A stretch of 64,000 bases of DNA, from the NCBI GenBank assembly GCA_951406725.2, contig OX597815.1, forward strand, positions 156,488,001 to 156,552,000, given 5' to 3'. The notes under the pieces were generated by a model. It saw only the letters and a program-made list of their open reading frames with translations. It was not told the DNA's origin and did not search any database. The position numbers and the translations under genes are program-made. The first letter of the stretch is position 1; the number at the start of each line of letters is the position of its first letter. The DNA is from Octopus vulgaris. Taxonomy: Eukaryota. This document shows, piece by piece, positions 12,471 to 30,175 of the stretch.

Positions 12471-13282
12471 AATACTGAATCATTAAAACGTTTCCATTAT
12501 TAGACAGAGGTCCGATAGAACAGCTCTCGTGAACAGACTACGTACGAATACGTTCTTCATAACTCCTTGAGCTGATTACATATTATGATCCATCCCAAGT
12601 TTTATGCTAAACTCAAATTGCCGTTTCTGCAAAGATTTAAAATTTCCAAAGGAAATTACAGGCATGTGCTGCTTAGGTGGTCAAGTAAGATTGTCAGCTC
12701 TACCAGCACCTCCTCAACCTCTTATAGATCTTCTAGAAGGCACTTCCATCCAGCCAAAGGATTTTCTGAACAATAACAGACAATACAACTCTGCATTTCA
12801 AATGACATCGTTTGCTGCATCTAAGGAGATAGTTGAACATGGATTTACACCGACGTTCAAAGTTCAATGACAAGTCTATTACCTCATTGTATCCCTTTTA
12901 GTCACAAATGAACAACCACAATTCCTCCAAATTTACTTTATGAGTGATGTAGGACAACAAACCCGAAGGTGGTATCAAAACTTCAGATGATGGGTCGTGT
13001 TAGATGCAGCGCCGACCGCCAGAAAGGAGAGTATATATACTAACAGATTTGCGGTGCGTTCAATAATCACATAATCCCCACCCCCAATTTTCCATGACAG
13101 GTTAGGGCCTGAAATACTCCAAACGGACGCATGGCATGTCGCTTAGTCGAATTAGCCCATTATTTGCTCCACAGATGTTTTACGTCGATATTGCACTTTC
13201 CCTTATCACATGTTTTAACAAAACTGTAATATATACAAACTATGCTATTTTAATCCCGAGCAACGCCGGGTATCTTTCGTAG
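12131..13282 (+). mobile_element. Internally deleted Helitron: N-terminal Rep fragment plus 3' terminus
   Basis: CRFCKDLKFPKE..GMCCLGGQVRL..LP.PP, FLNN.RQYNSAFQMTSF, TFKVQ*QVY, PQFLQIYF. 3' hairpin cccg-agcaacgc-cggg (13255-13270) followed by gtag|t, a decayed CTAG end. Confidence 0.8.
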
Positions 13283-13309
13283 TCCATGATAAATATTTAA
13301 CCCTACTTT

Positions 13310-17370
<4,061 letters not shown>

Positions 17371-17595
17371 CATTCAAACTTATTATACATCATATTTAGG
17401 CATTTTTACCAACACTACAAGACTAGCAGCACACCGCTAACCACCTGCTTTTGTTTCTATTTGTAGCCAATACGGAACTACACTGGAATATCAGTCACAT
17501 AGTGACTCTAAATCCATCGATTATAGCAATAGCGTTCTCTGTTTGTGTACGCCCGTGTACGTACACACACACAGACTCACACACACAAACGCACG

Positions 17596-17722
<127 letters not shown>

Positions 17723-18199
17723 ATATATCGAGAGACGATATATATAGATTTTGTGTTGTAGGGTTTTTGTAAATTGATTTTGCAACATGGTTTTTAGTTC
17801 CTCACTAACAGTGCTTTCACTTTGCTTTTTGAGGTTGAACTCGCTGGGAATGATGCGTCAAAACTTTCCATTTCTATGTTACTTAGAAGACATTGGAGCC
17901 GATCATCCATTTTTAGATATTTCTGAGTATAAGAAATTGCGCAATTGACTGCATCACACTTGCGTGAGATAAATAATTTATTGATTGATCAAGATCAAAC
18001 TGATTGATATATTCAAAGCGTGTGTGTGTGTGTGTGGTGATTAGTGTCTGAGAAAGGCGATAATCTCAGTGGACTTCACTAAATCAACAATGTCGAACTT
18101 TCTATTGATTTTATCATAACAATTTCTATAAATCGATCCCATAGTTGAATATTATTTATCGTCATCAACCAGGTGCCCTTCCTGTCTCTATGGGTCGGC

Positions 18200-18330
18200 T
18201 TGTCAAGCCTCTTGAGTTCCCTCTGATTTGTGCTGCATACACAGTCAGCCAGGAGTATGTTTCCAGTCCATTCTTTCATGTCGTCATATATATTTTGAAT
18301 TGTCTAATTCTGCAGACTGTGGTTTCAGGT
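18200..18330 (-). mobile_element. Decayed LINE (RTE-like) ORF2 C-terminal remnant
   Basis: RQFKIYDDMKEWTG..LADC...NQRELKRL resembles the GRQ..W.DNIKEWTG end motif. Confidence 0.35.
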
Positions 18331-18476
18331 CTAAAGAGATAAAACGTAGATTCTACTCCTACGTTTCCTCCAGCGCTTTACTAATTCAGTTATTGAGCTT
18401 TCTCCTAAGATCATTCGACATTGACAGCAGTGACAACTGTCCACGCTTTTACCAATATTTATTTTTTTATTATTCA

Positions 18477-18634
18477 GGCGCAGGATTGGCTGTGTGGTAA
18501 GAAGCTTGCTTACAACCACATGGTTCCGGGTTCATTCCCACTGCGTGGCACCTTGAGCAACTGTCTTCTACTATAGCCTCGGGCCAACCAAAGCCTTATG
18601 ACTGGATTTGTTAGACGGAAACAGAAAGAAGCCC

Positions 18635-18683
<49 letters not shown>

Positions 18684-18883
18684 ATGTGTGTGTGTGTGAG
18701 TATGTTTGTGTGTCTGTGTTTGTCCCTCCAACATCGCTTGACAACCGATGGTGGTGTGTTTACGTCCCTGTAAATTAGCGATTCGGCAAAAGTGACCTAT
18801 ATAATAAGTACTAGGCTTCTAAAGAATATGTCCTGCTCGACTAAAGGCGGTGCTCCAGCATGGCCGCAGTCAAATGACTGAAA
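18477..18883 (+). mobile_element. tRNA-derived SINE, family A
   Basis: Collinear with 8167-8580, with an expanded internal (TA)n(TG)n. Confidence 0.85.
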
Positions 18884-19973
18884 CCTCTGTGGGTTCTATC
18901 CTACAAGTAGTGGCGCCGAGTAACCCTTGCCCGGATATTTCATCTCTCACCATTCAGCCATGGAATCGACAGTTTTGTATCCAGTCAATTGTAGTCACCA
19001 TTGACCATCGCAAAGATAATGGTTTGCCGTTCACTTCAAACGAAGTGTAGTTTATAGGTAATAGTGACACGCCTACCCTAAAAACAGTGGCAGTCAGACA
19101 TAAACAAAATGTCTTTTCTGTTTTCGATCTCGTCTCCCATCTGTATCTCTGAATACATGTATAACAATATGGCTACAATGTTCTCTTTACATCTATGTAA
19201 TTCCGAGTTCTATCTCACTGCGTGTTATGTTGAGAAAATATTTCTAACATAAACTCATACCAACCAAAGCATTGTGAGTGAAATTTGACAGAAAGAAACT
19301 GAATGGAAGTTCGACAAAAGGTCCGTCCCTGCATTTATATGGTGAGTTTAGTATACTTAATCCGTCCCCTGGTTTAACAACACCACCTGGCGTTTGTGTC
19401 CTTTAGCAGGGTTCACTCAGTTGCAAACAATCGGGACAAATCTCTTGTTTAAAATGGATTAACCCCTTCTTCCACCCCACGATCATGAAACTATTGAAAA
19501 TAGGTCACGGGCGATGCCCTTCTTAGCCACATAAGAAAAATAAAATAAGAATCTCCATATATTTCCCAATCAGTCTTTAGTGGTGAGTTCAAGCCTGACC
19601 ACCGGTATTCCAGATAACCTTTCCTAAAATGTATGTAGACACGCTAACTAGAAGGTCAGCAGAAACCGTCTACAGCTTAATTAAGAACTTTCCTTTGATC
19701 GTTTATTACCTTGTGAGACTATTCGATTACACAACTGAAAATCAATACACTACCTATTAGTGTTTCGTTAGTTTAGAGTTCCACCTCTAAGTAATTCCCC
19801 CTAACTAATACCTCTCCCTCAGTTCTCTCTCTTCTCTCTATCTCTCTTTCTCTCTCTCTCTCTCTCTCACCGTTTGTAAGCATTCTGTTTACATTTGCTT
19901 TTCTTACCTTTCTTCTGCTTGTGTGTCTCTGTCACACTCTCCTGTCTTTCTTCCTTTGTCGCGTTCTTTCACT

Positions 19974-20005
<32 letters not shown>

Positions 20006-21767
20006 CACTCTTTCTTTTATTCCCCTTCTCTCTGTGATCATACCACTATTTCTGCTAAATAAGTGAAATCTCTGTAATACAGCTTATCGCCACTGATAGG
20101 ATTCATTGCGCTTGTCGCAGCTCAATATCTAAAATGTGTGAGATTCTTAAGTCTTAACCTAAATATGTTTCACATTTATAACAGTCAAAACAGTGGCGAG
20201 TTAAATCATTAAAATTGACATAAACTAGAAACAGCAGCTAAATATACCTTAAAATTTCTCTCTCTCTCTCTTCCACCCCCACACTCAAAGGCACTCTATG
20301 TCCTTCAAATATGTAGACTGAATAATGCAGTCGTTAATACGCAAAAAGACTGGTTAACTACATTTGGAACGACAAAGGATTGAACGACTCGTCCACTTTA
20401 GCAATCGAAACTGAACAATGTCGCTATAAAGAGAAGCGAAGCCTCAAAAGTCTCTTGCCTCGAAACAACAAATTATCTATTTTAAAGTAAAATTTCACGC
20501 TCTTAAGGCAATATGCACTTATTAAAGCCTTTGAAAATGGCAGTCGTCAGTAAGTGATTTGTCGAAAGCATTTTAAGAGAACTAAAAATCGTTAATAAAA
20601 CATTCAAATTGTCGCCATTTTAAAAGCATAGATGTTCAATTTAAAGTTTTTGTTTATTATTCGCAAATATTTGCAACTAGGGTAACATGCTCAAACATTA
20701 ATTTGCTGACTAAAGCGTTAAACTTATAGAATTCGTTACAATATATATAAAAAAAGAATGTGCTTAAATTTATGGAATAATTTGAAGTCTTTGAAATGCT
20801 ATATACTTCAAATATAAGTAGAAATAAGTAGAACTTCAAATAAGTTAAATTGCTGAAAATATGCAGACTTCTAAATCATTAATATGGCTATTGATTTTAA
20901 ACACATAAATATTGTCATTTATAATTCAACACACTTCTTAAATCAGAAAATGTTGCAAAATAAAATGAATACATTTAAAACATACTTAAAACATTCCACA
21001 ATCAGAAAAAGTTTAAAACGTGTAGATAAGATTTAAAACGTGTAGATAAGATCTTTCATTGCTAAAAACAAACATCTTAACTCATATAGTTCTTCATATT
21101 ATGCTTATTCTTCCTCTTTTCCTCCTTCTTCAACTCCTGTTGCTGCTACTTCCCTGCGTTGATTACAATGACGGTTACAAAATATATCCCGTTATTTATA
21201 GTATTTCTGTGGCATTATTCCGAGTCATCTTTCAAAGATGATAAAACCTGGGTTCTCTGGTCCTCACTAGAATACCACGACCGTTGGATTTTACACTCTC
21301 ATTTGTCTTCAAACGCCAAACGTCATTTAGAAATTTCATTCACTATTCGAAACTGCATTCCTTGCTTGAATACGTTAGGGTGTCATTAGTAATACTCGAT
21401 CATACCAGCCCAGTACTTGAATAGCAATATATTTTATTGACAGCGAAAGAACGAAAAATAAATTTGACCTTAGCGGGATTTGAAGTCACAACGTAAAGAA
21501 TAGGAAATAAATATCGTAAGATACTTCATACAACGCTCTATTGATTTTTCAAATACACCATTCATATATTGAAAACAATTTTGTACACTCTTTACATTAG
21601 TCAGAGTGTTGTTATCATTTTGATTGTTGCTTTTACTTCGTTTAGGCTGTTATACGCTCAAATCTTCTTCAAGTGTCTTGTGATTTGCCTTAGTACTTTG
21701 ATAGGAGATTGAGCTCAGAACATCTAATTGACAGCACTGCATTAACCAAAGATTTTATCCACTACGC

Positions 21768-21896
<129 letters not shown>

Positions 21897-22104
21897 TTGT
21901 GTGTGTGTGTATATCAATATGAAATATGAAAGAAATTGTTGTATACAATGTTCAGGTCCACTAAGAAAGTGCCACTCAAGGTCTGAGTGTTTCATGAGTT
22001 TTAACACTCGGTCCTTGACTCATTCTCTTACTTCTGGTAAATATTAAGAAAAACATACATTTACTCAGATTTTCAGTTCCTATTTTTCCTGCTTGCAGCA
22101 CCAT

Positions 22105-22144
<40 letters not shown>

Positions 22145-22210
22145 ACTTGAGGTGAAACATCACAGAAATATTGTTTGTGTAGATAAAGATCCATTGCAAC
22201 ATGTACAGTG

Positions 22211-22238
22211 TCGACCGGTTTCGCTTCGCTAATCATGA
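22211..22238 (-). ncRNA. Decayed hammerhead remnant downstream of the PLE ORF
   Basis: tc-ATGATTA-gc gaa gc-GAAA-ccgg-TC-ga. The 3' half is canonical (palindromic ACCGGT, GUC); there are two core mismatches. Confidence 0.4.
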
Positions 22239-22462
22239 TTCAATGTTATGAAACCATGATAAGTTTTTTTTTTATTTAATCTTGCGTAGAAGCAGATATG
22301 ATACAGTTTGGCGGTTATACAGGAGAGTATAGCTCAAGAGAGATCATAATCAGTGAATATAATGTTTTTTATCTAAAGAGATAATCAGTGGATATAATAT
22401 TTCTAAGGGGTAGTAAATCTTTTTTCCTTTTTTCTGGTTGATTTTTTTATTTGTGAAGTCCA

Positions 22463-23690
22463 TTATACATTCATGTTAAGTTTTGGTTTGCATTTTTTAA
22501 TAAATGTACCCTCTTTATTTAGTCGTTGTTGTGTTGAGGTACTTTCAGTGCATTGGAATAATGGGAATATTGTGACTTGTGGTTGGTGTTCCTTAGCACA
22601 TCCTTTTATGTGACCACAGAGTGGTATTTGACGGTATTGGGGATGGTAGATTTATTGTTTGTGTAGTGTACATCTACGTCCTAGGGACATTCCCGTTGAA
22701 CCTATATAGCTCCTACTGCAGCCGGACGTCTTATGAAATTTTCAGATGCGCAAGTGAAGTCAGTTTAATTTTAAATGTTTGTCCCTGTTTAAATTGGAAT
22801 TATGAGCCTGCCATAGGTTTGGACATGTTCCACAGTTCGGTTGTCCACATTTTTGAACTCTTGCTTCCGTTATTTTTTAGTATAATTTTAGTGGTTTTGG
22901 TTGTTAGTGGTTTTGGCTGTTTGTTACTTTTAATAATTTTATGGGTGCGTAGAATTTCATACAGCTTAGGGTCTTATGTAGTATTGCAAGATTTTGTATA
23001 ATAGTGTTATATGCTTCGTTGTTCATAGGGTTGTATATGGAAGTATAAAGTAAAATGTTTAGAACCGGTGTGTTGTTTTTTTTTTACCTCTCTTAGTGTT
23101 TGTGTATTAATTCTTTTTGCACGTTTTATCCTATCTTCTATAAGCAAAGTTGGGTAGTGTCTGTCGACGAGTATATTTTTAAGTTCTTGTAGTTTGAGTT
23201 CTCTGTTGTTTTTTCCGACACTATCGCGACGATTGTTCTCGCTAAATTAAATGGGATATTTATTTTTATATGTCTCAGGTGGCATGAGCTGAATAATAAG
23301 TATTGTTTCGAGTCTGTAGTTTTGTATAATATGTCGGTTTCTATTTTTTATCTACTTTAAGATTAGTATATCTAGAAAAGGAGTTCCTTTTTTGTTTAGT
23401 TCCATTGTGAACTGTATATTTGTATTTATGCTACTGAGAAGTCTTTTGAATTCCAAAAGTTTTCCATGTTCACATTCCATAAAATGAAACAGTCATCCAA
23501 ATACATTTTCCAGTTTTCCTTTATGTATTGGGAAAGGGGGTTTCAGAATTTTGTGAGTGACTCCTGATATACTGTGAATTTCAAATAACCCATTGTCAGG
23601 TAAACATGAACGGGGGATGGGGCTTTGTTCCCATCGCTACTCCAAATTGTCTCGGTATACAGTGGTGTCAAACATGAAGTCATTTTCTGT
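22463..23690 (-). pseudogene. Decayed PLE (Neptune-like) RT plus GIY-YIG
   Basis: Minus strand: GVAMGTK, LTMGYL, ENWKMYLDDCFILWN (RT catalytic motif near 23490), then CSRSYIGSTG..LGRRCTLHKQ, RQIPLCGH, KPKLN. Several stops and frameshifts. Confidence 0.85.
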
Positions 23691-25907
23691 CATTAATAGA
23701 AAAGTTGACATTTTTGACAACACTGGAATGCTAGTACTTATTTATAATCCTTAGATTTGTAACTCATAACGCAATCAAACGATATTTAAAGGTCGTGTGT
23801 GTGAAATTCAATAAAGTAATTCAAACCGTGCGATCAATTTCATTCCTCAAAGAAGAAAGAAGACCTAATGCTTCGGGCAAGAAGCCTCTTTCGAAGGCAA
23901 CGCGGAAGACAGACAATAAAAGTTGTGGAGCGGGTGGAGATAACACTGAGGGCACATAATATGTCAGAAAGCGAAAGTGTCTAATATCGTTAATTAAGCG
24001 CCATACCTATATATCTATGTGATTTTTTAAAAAAGGAAACTGAAACGTGGACCTCAAATATACAGCAAAAAAGATAGGGAATTTTACAGTAACTTACACA
24101 GGGAAAGAATTGGCAGAATCGATAGAGCATTGGATAGAAAGCTTTACTTTTTATAAATCTTAAATCAGGAATTATTCTGAAATTTTAACAAATAAAGAAA
24201 TTTGAATCATAAAAATTAAACCATGAAGCATTCCACTGTTAGGAATATAAAACTCCGCACAGCTGGACATTTAAAGGATGCAGTTAAAATCATTCTCTGC
24301 TAAAATTCTCTTCACTCCTAGAATCAACTCTGCCAAGGTTAACTTTGCTTTTCATCCTTTCGTGTTCGGTGAAATAAAAAATCAATCCAGGACAAAGGAT
24401 CTGTGGAATTGGTATAACACCGGACGAGATATGTTGTAGTCTCCCACTCTGTCTTCAAAAGGTGGCTTTTGCCCGAAATATTAGAATTTTTCTCTTCCTT
24501 GCGGTATGAATTTTATCTCCAAGTTTGAATCACATTATTGCATTTGACAGATGCAGCCTTTGAATACCTTTCCGACTCTGGACATTCTAAGTTCATGCCC
24601 AGCCTCGTCTCACCAGAAAAAATATATCTCTATTAGAAGTTGAGCATTAGAGCATTAGCAGTTAGAACAAACTAATGGAAGCTTGAGTTTCATGGTTCTA
24701 TCGGAAAACCAGTAGCTAAACTCCATACTGCCACATCACTATGCACGATATCCCGATGATTCGGTGACTCTTCATCACTTCGATTAATGTTGAAAGAAGA
24801 CATTTACTCACACAATTTATAGCGGTTGTTGACATCACGAGCGGTTGGTATGGAAATCACTCTTGAACAAATAGAAGTGGTCACATAATATGTCGCAAGA
24901 AACAATACTTATCTTAGAAAAAAAGAGACAAATTCACTCGGAGTATTTTAACATAGGAGATAAGTTATAAAAGTTAAATCCATTTCACGATCACTATATT
25001 AGATAGTTGCAAGTAAAACTACGAATTTCAGCTAATCGTGATATTTAATTACTGAAAGTGTGTTATGACTTTATGTCAATGTCATTTATAAGAATTTTAC
25101 GTATAAAATTATGATTGTGTGTGTATGTGTGTGTGTGTGATTATACATGTACATTTTTATTGAAAGTCACTCAACAAGTAAAGTGCTATTGGCGTTTCAC
25201 CTGTGAACATGTCGGCTAACATTGATGAAAACCATTACAACTGCACACGTCGCCCGTGTTCATACATGAGTGTATGAGTGTATCTGTTCTTGAGTATGCT
25301 GCTAGTTTTCATGTTGCCTGTCCCCCACTCTCTCTGTATGTATGTAAATAGATATCATACGTGCAGCATTTTTTCAATCGCTGAATCCTCATTTTTATTC
25401 TATTTTTCCTTATATCAATGTATCTCTCCTCAAAGCCACGAGCATTCTTTCTCTTTTCTCCCAAACCATGTTTTCCTCCCTTACTTCTCCTATCTCTCTC
25501 CCACTAACCACAGTCTCTCCATTGCCCAATACACTTGATATCTCTTTCTCAGAGGCATTAAATTTGCTCACAGCATAAAATTTATTCCTCTGCTTGGATT
25601 ACTTTTATTGACTATTTACTGAGGTAGTACATCACTCGTTTCTTCATATTATACCGTTTTACTATATTCAAATATAAAATATCTCGTTATTATCTGAAAA
25701 GAATAAATCGTACGGAAATTCTACATAATATTTCATTATATATTCAAACATGTATTGAAAAAATATTTATTCAAATTGATAAACACATTTATACTTATAT
25801 TATGTATGTATCAAAGTATGCATTAAACATTTTAATGAAGAATACCTACATTAATGTATAAATACATGATTTCATTCTTTTATTCTATTATAAATTTCAA
25901 CCTCAGT

Positions 25908-26224
25908 GAAGGCTTCGCGATTAGGGTATTCGGCTTACGATCGTAAACTCGTGAATTTCATTCCCGGTGACGCGGAGAGTTCTTAAGCAGGACACTTTTT
26001 TTCAAGTTGCTCCAGTCCACTCAGCTGGCAAAAATGAGATGTACCTGTATTTCAAAGGCCCATCCTTGTCAAACTCTGTGTCACATTGAATTTCCTCGAG
26101 AACTACGTTTAGGGTATACGCAACTGTGTAGTTCTCAGCCACAAGCACGCTAATTTCGCAAGCAGGCAATTCTGTTGATCGGATCAACTGAAACCTTCGT
26201 CATCGTATCCGACGGAGCGCCAGA
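25908..26224 (+). mobile_element. tRNA-derived SINE, family B (CORE-like body)
   Basis: Decayed tRNA head, ttaagcaggacac...ttgctccagtccactcagctggcaaaaatgag. Partial relative at 33377-33503. Confidence 0.6.
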
Positions 26225-26527
26225 TTAAGACGTTTCAACCTTAAGATTACACACACATAAATACTTAAAAGAATGAGGTTCAATTATGGCGGTCAATTAC
26301 TCCAAAAATTTCAGCATCTTTTTTTTTACAAAAGTAGTGAGAAATAGAATATTTATGAGCATTTGGTTGAGTAAGAACTTCGCTTCCCAACGAGTTGGTT
26401 TCAATTCCACTGCACAACACCTTGAGCAAGTGTTTTCTTCTGTATCCAGACCGGCCAGTGCCACGTGAATTAATCTGGTGGACGAAAACTGTTTGGAAGC
26501 CCGCCGAATATGTATGTATTTTTTAAT

Positions 26528-26819
26528 AATATATGCTACCGGAGGTGGAATTACAGCGGCTGCTGGCACCAGACTTGCCCTCCGGTCGATCCTCGTTAAC
26601 GGATTTGAAGTGTACTCATTCCCATCGCGGGGCCTCGACAGAATCCCACGTCGTTATTTTTAGTCACTACCTCCTCGTGCCGGGAGTGGATAATTTGTGC
26701 GCCTGCTGCCTTCCTTGGATGCGGTAGCCGTTTCGCATGCTCTATCTCCGGAATCGAACCCTGATTCCCCGTTACCCGTTGACACCAAAGTCGGCACTTA
26801 CCGGGCTGTCGACAGTTAA
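26528..26819 (-). rRNA. 18S rRNA pseudogene fragment (~290 bp)
   Basis: Minus strand: acgggtaacggggaatcagggttcgattccggaga...acggctaccgcatccaaggaaggcagcaggcgc...gagggcaagtctggtgccagcagccgctgtaattcca. Substitutions fall in normally invariant positions. Confidence 0.95.
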
Positions 26820-27181
26820 TATTCACACAAATATGCAACCGAAGAGTTTAAAGTACCAGTAATGATAAGGATGTTGACGAGGAGAACACAAACATGGTTT
26901 AAACAGTAAGCATGGCAGGAAAAAAACGTGCCTTTAAGCAGTACAAAAACAACAAAAAATGGAAGGTACAGTTATGTACAGAATGTCGGAAGAAAAGCAG
27001 GACAAAAACGGCTTTATCGATCGCATTCTCACTTGGAATGGAATTTTGTAATTTTTTCAAGACTCATACACGCCATGATATCGTCGGTATCTACATGTCA
27101 AATTTGAGCTGAATCGGATGGAGGATGCCCGAGATCCTAGAACACACACACACACACACAGAACGGATCTTATATAATAGA
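26820..27181 (-). mobile_element. Non-autonomous Helitron-like 5' portion
   Basis: Minus strand begins a|TCTATTATATAA, then (TG)n, then ccatccgattcagctcaaatttgacatg, typical of Helitron-N 5' ends. Confidence 0.55.
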
Positions 27182-27184
27182 TAT

Positions 27185-27592
27185 TCTTTTCTTTTATTCT
27201 TTTATTTCGTTTCCGTCATTTGACTGCGGCCATGCTGGTGCACCATCTTTAGTCGAACAAATCACGAACTTATTCTTTGTAAGCATAGTACTTATTCTAT
27301 CGGTCTCTCTTGCCGAACCGCTAATTTACTGGGACGTAAACACACCACCATCGGTTGTCAATCGACGTTGTGAGGGACAAACACAGACACAAAAACATAT
27401 ACATATACACACACATATATATATATATACGACGGGCTTCTTTCAGTTTCCATCTACCAAATCCACTCACAAGGCTTTGGTCGGCCCGAATCTACAGTAG
27501 AAGACACTTGTCCAAGATACCACGTAATGGGAATGAACCCGGAACCATGTGCTTGGTAAGCAAGCTACTTACCACACAGCCACTCCTGCGCC
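27185..27592 (-). mobile_element. tRNA-derived SINE, family A
   Basis: Reverse complement of the 8167/18477 family. Confidence 0.85.
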
Positions 27593-27703
27593 AATTATAT
27601 ACATCCATATATATATATGTATGTATATATATTATATATATATGCATATATATGTGTGTATGTATGCATGAGTATATACTTGCATATATATGTATGTATG
27701 TAC

Positions 27704-27754
<51 letters not shown>

Positions 27755-27755
<1 letters not shown>

Positions 27756-28298
27756 TCACCTTTGAGTGCTACTGGTAACATGTATCCCAGTACAACCTGT
27801 TGCATGGTCGGGTCGTCGGTGACTAAACCGGCAACCCCACCAAGCTTGCTTGGTGAGGAGGGTGTTTATTGGACACCCTGCGGGATGAAAAACAAAACCC
27901 ATCAAAGGGCGGAGGAACTCTTGAGAGTCAACGGCCATCCAATAAATGTCTTAAGGCTGTATCATGCGCGGGGACATAGAAATAATCGGACTGAATACCC
28001 GATCGCGCGGTTAAACCATTGGGAGTGAAGGACTCCTAGCCTTTGTTAGGGCAGCCTTCTAGGAGAAGGTAACTCAGGTAACTGGGATAATTCCGACATA
28101 AAATCTGCGGCTCAGTGGTTACCGATGATGTTGACTTGTTCTTCTTTTCGGATTATCGCTGCTGCTGCTTAGTGAGTGGGATTGACTCAGTGCACAGCCT
28201 TTCCTCACTTTAAAAAAAAATCTTCTTGCACAGGCATTGCACGATAACATAAATTAAGCTTCATGCATTGGCCATACTCGATAATGAGGGGGCAGCCA

Positions 28299-28310
<12 letters not shown>
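27755..28310 (+). mobile_element. RTE-type LINE 5'-UTR-like structured segment between (TA)n tracts
   Basis: GC-richer island with hairpins caccaagc/gcttggtg and agggtgt/acaccct, and the motif gggcagccttctaggagaaggtaactc recalled from RTE 5' UTRs. Confidence 0.4.
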
Positions 28311-28347
<37 letters not shown>

Positions 28348-28366
28348 GTGTGTGTGTGTGTGTGTG

Positions 28367-28420
<54 letters not shown>

Positions 28421-28882
28421 TAAAGAAGTCCGCTTTGTGGCCACGTGGGTCTGATTCAGTTACACCGCGTGTCTCATTGAGCAATATCCTTCAGAGATGC
28501 TATATAAACATGTCTTATACATAAGTACAAGGTTTGTGTGCATGCTTGTCACGCATCAGTTTGGCAAGAAGAGGCTCATAAATTAAGAACCAGATTTTAA
28601 AATACGTACTAAGACATTATAAGAATAGTATGTTTTGGTATGCGTAACTAAAGATGCAATATTGTATAGAAAATACTTGAACTCATACCACAGACACACA
28701 CGGTTTCGGTGCACTTATCAGGTCTGTTTGGTGGTTTTGATCTAAAACCTACATTATTACGGTAGTGAAGCAAAAGTCATCAATAAATAGAAAAAGTGAC
28801 TGATCGATGAACAGAGTGATTGATTATTTGATGATTAGTTGTATATTTAGTTGTTTGGCTTCTAAATGATCAACAGAAAGGC

Positions 28883-28960
<78 letters not shown>

Positions 28961-28982
28961 GTAGATAGATAGACAGGCAGAC

Positions 28983-29081
<99 letters not shown>

Positions 29082-29549
29082 CTTATTCGAAAGTATGAAT
29101 TAGCGTATTTAAATCAGTACAATTTCGTGAGGAAAAAGATCTGCACATACAAGTAATTGCAGGAATAAATCAATATCTTAATATGATTTAAGAATACTAA
29201 GCCATCCACTGCAAACTGCGCTTTGTATAGTTGCAAGAAAAGAATCAGCCTGATTATTAATTCTAATATTAACTAACGAAATCCTCAAGAAGCTGTTGGA
29301 CATACATTTCTCATAAAATCTTTCTATTGGGCTATTCATTACATTCATAATATCTACTTCTTCTGTATAACGAGTTATTGGAATTAGTTTTACCATTAAT
29401 CACTGTATTATTTTAGTTATTTTTTCTTTCATTTTTTTTTTCCTGCACTTAAAGTTGTTCTGATTATTTTACCCAAGTTCAGATATAATCCAGCAGACCT
29501 ATAATCAAAGCTTGTGGACGTGGCTATCATTATTTACTTTACTTTATAC

Positions 29550-29627
<78 letters not shown>

Positions 29628-29942
29628 CTGTGTGTGTGTGTTTATGAGTTTATGTGTGTTTGTGTGTGTGTACATGTGTGTTTGTGTGTATAAAAACACG
29701 CACAAACTGAGGTTAGAGTAGAAGACACTTGTCCAAGATGCCACGTAGTGGGATTGAACCCGGAACCATGTCGCTGGGAAGCAAACTTCTTACCACACAG
29801 CCACACCAGCGCTAAACTTATCTATTTATTATTATTATTTTCAGAATTGTTGCAGTTAAACTAAATTTATTCCATAACGTCTTCGATCGCAAAACTTACA
29901 TATATTTCACACTGATTTCGTTGGTCGAGGTATCACACAGAC

Positions 29943-30175
29943 GGCGAGCTGGCAGAAACGTTAGCGCGCCGGGCGAGATGCTAAGCGGTATTTCGGCTGC
30001 CCTAACGTTGTGAGTTCAAATTCCGCCGAGGTCGACTTTGCCTTTCATCCTTTCGGGGTCGATAAATTAAGCACCAGTTCCGCACTGGGGTCGATGTAAT
30101 CGACTTAATACCTATGTCTGTCCTTGTTTGTCCCCTCTGTGTTTAGCCCCTTGTGGGTAATAAAGATATAGGTAT
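29943..30175 (+). mobile_element. Full-length tRNA-derived SINE, family C (MetaSINE-like core) with 16-bp TSD
   Basis: A box tggcagaaacgtt, B box gagttcaaattcc, core gcctttcatcctttcggggtcgataaa. TSD aggtatcacacagacg at 29928-29943 and 30170-30185. Relatives near 7840, 40836, 60107 and 63890. Confidence 0.85.

Noticed and set aside
21985-22027. Hairpin tcaagg..gagtgtt/aacactc..ccttga with GAAA on the minus strand as a hammerhead
   Set aside because: No CUGANGA-like core; simple inverted repeat.
24745-24800. CCGATGA...GAAA as a hammerhead
   Set aside because: No stem I or stem III closure after GAAA.
26528-26819. Functional rDNA locus
   Set aside because: Only about 290 bp, mutated at conserved sites, with no ITS, 5.8S or 28S nearby.
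27768-27830. Twister ribozyme fold
   Set aside because: UAA and a P2-like helix are present, but the conserved L4 sequence and both pseudoknots are missing.
29943-30030. tRNA genes at SINE heads
   Set aside because: A/B boxes run directly into repeated SINE bodies, with no proper cloverleaf.
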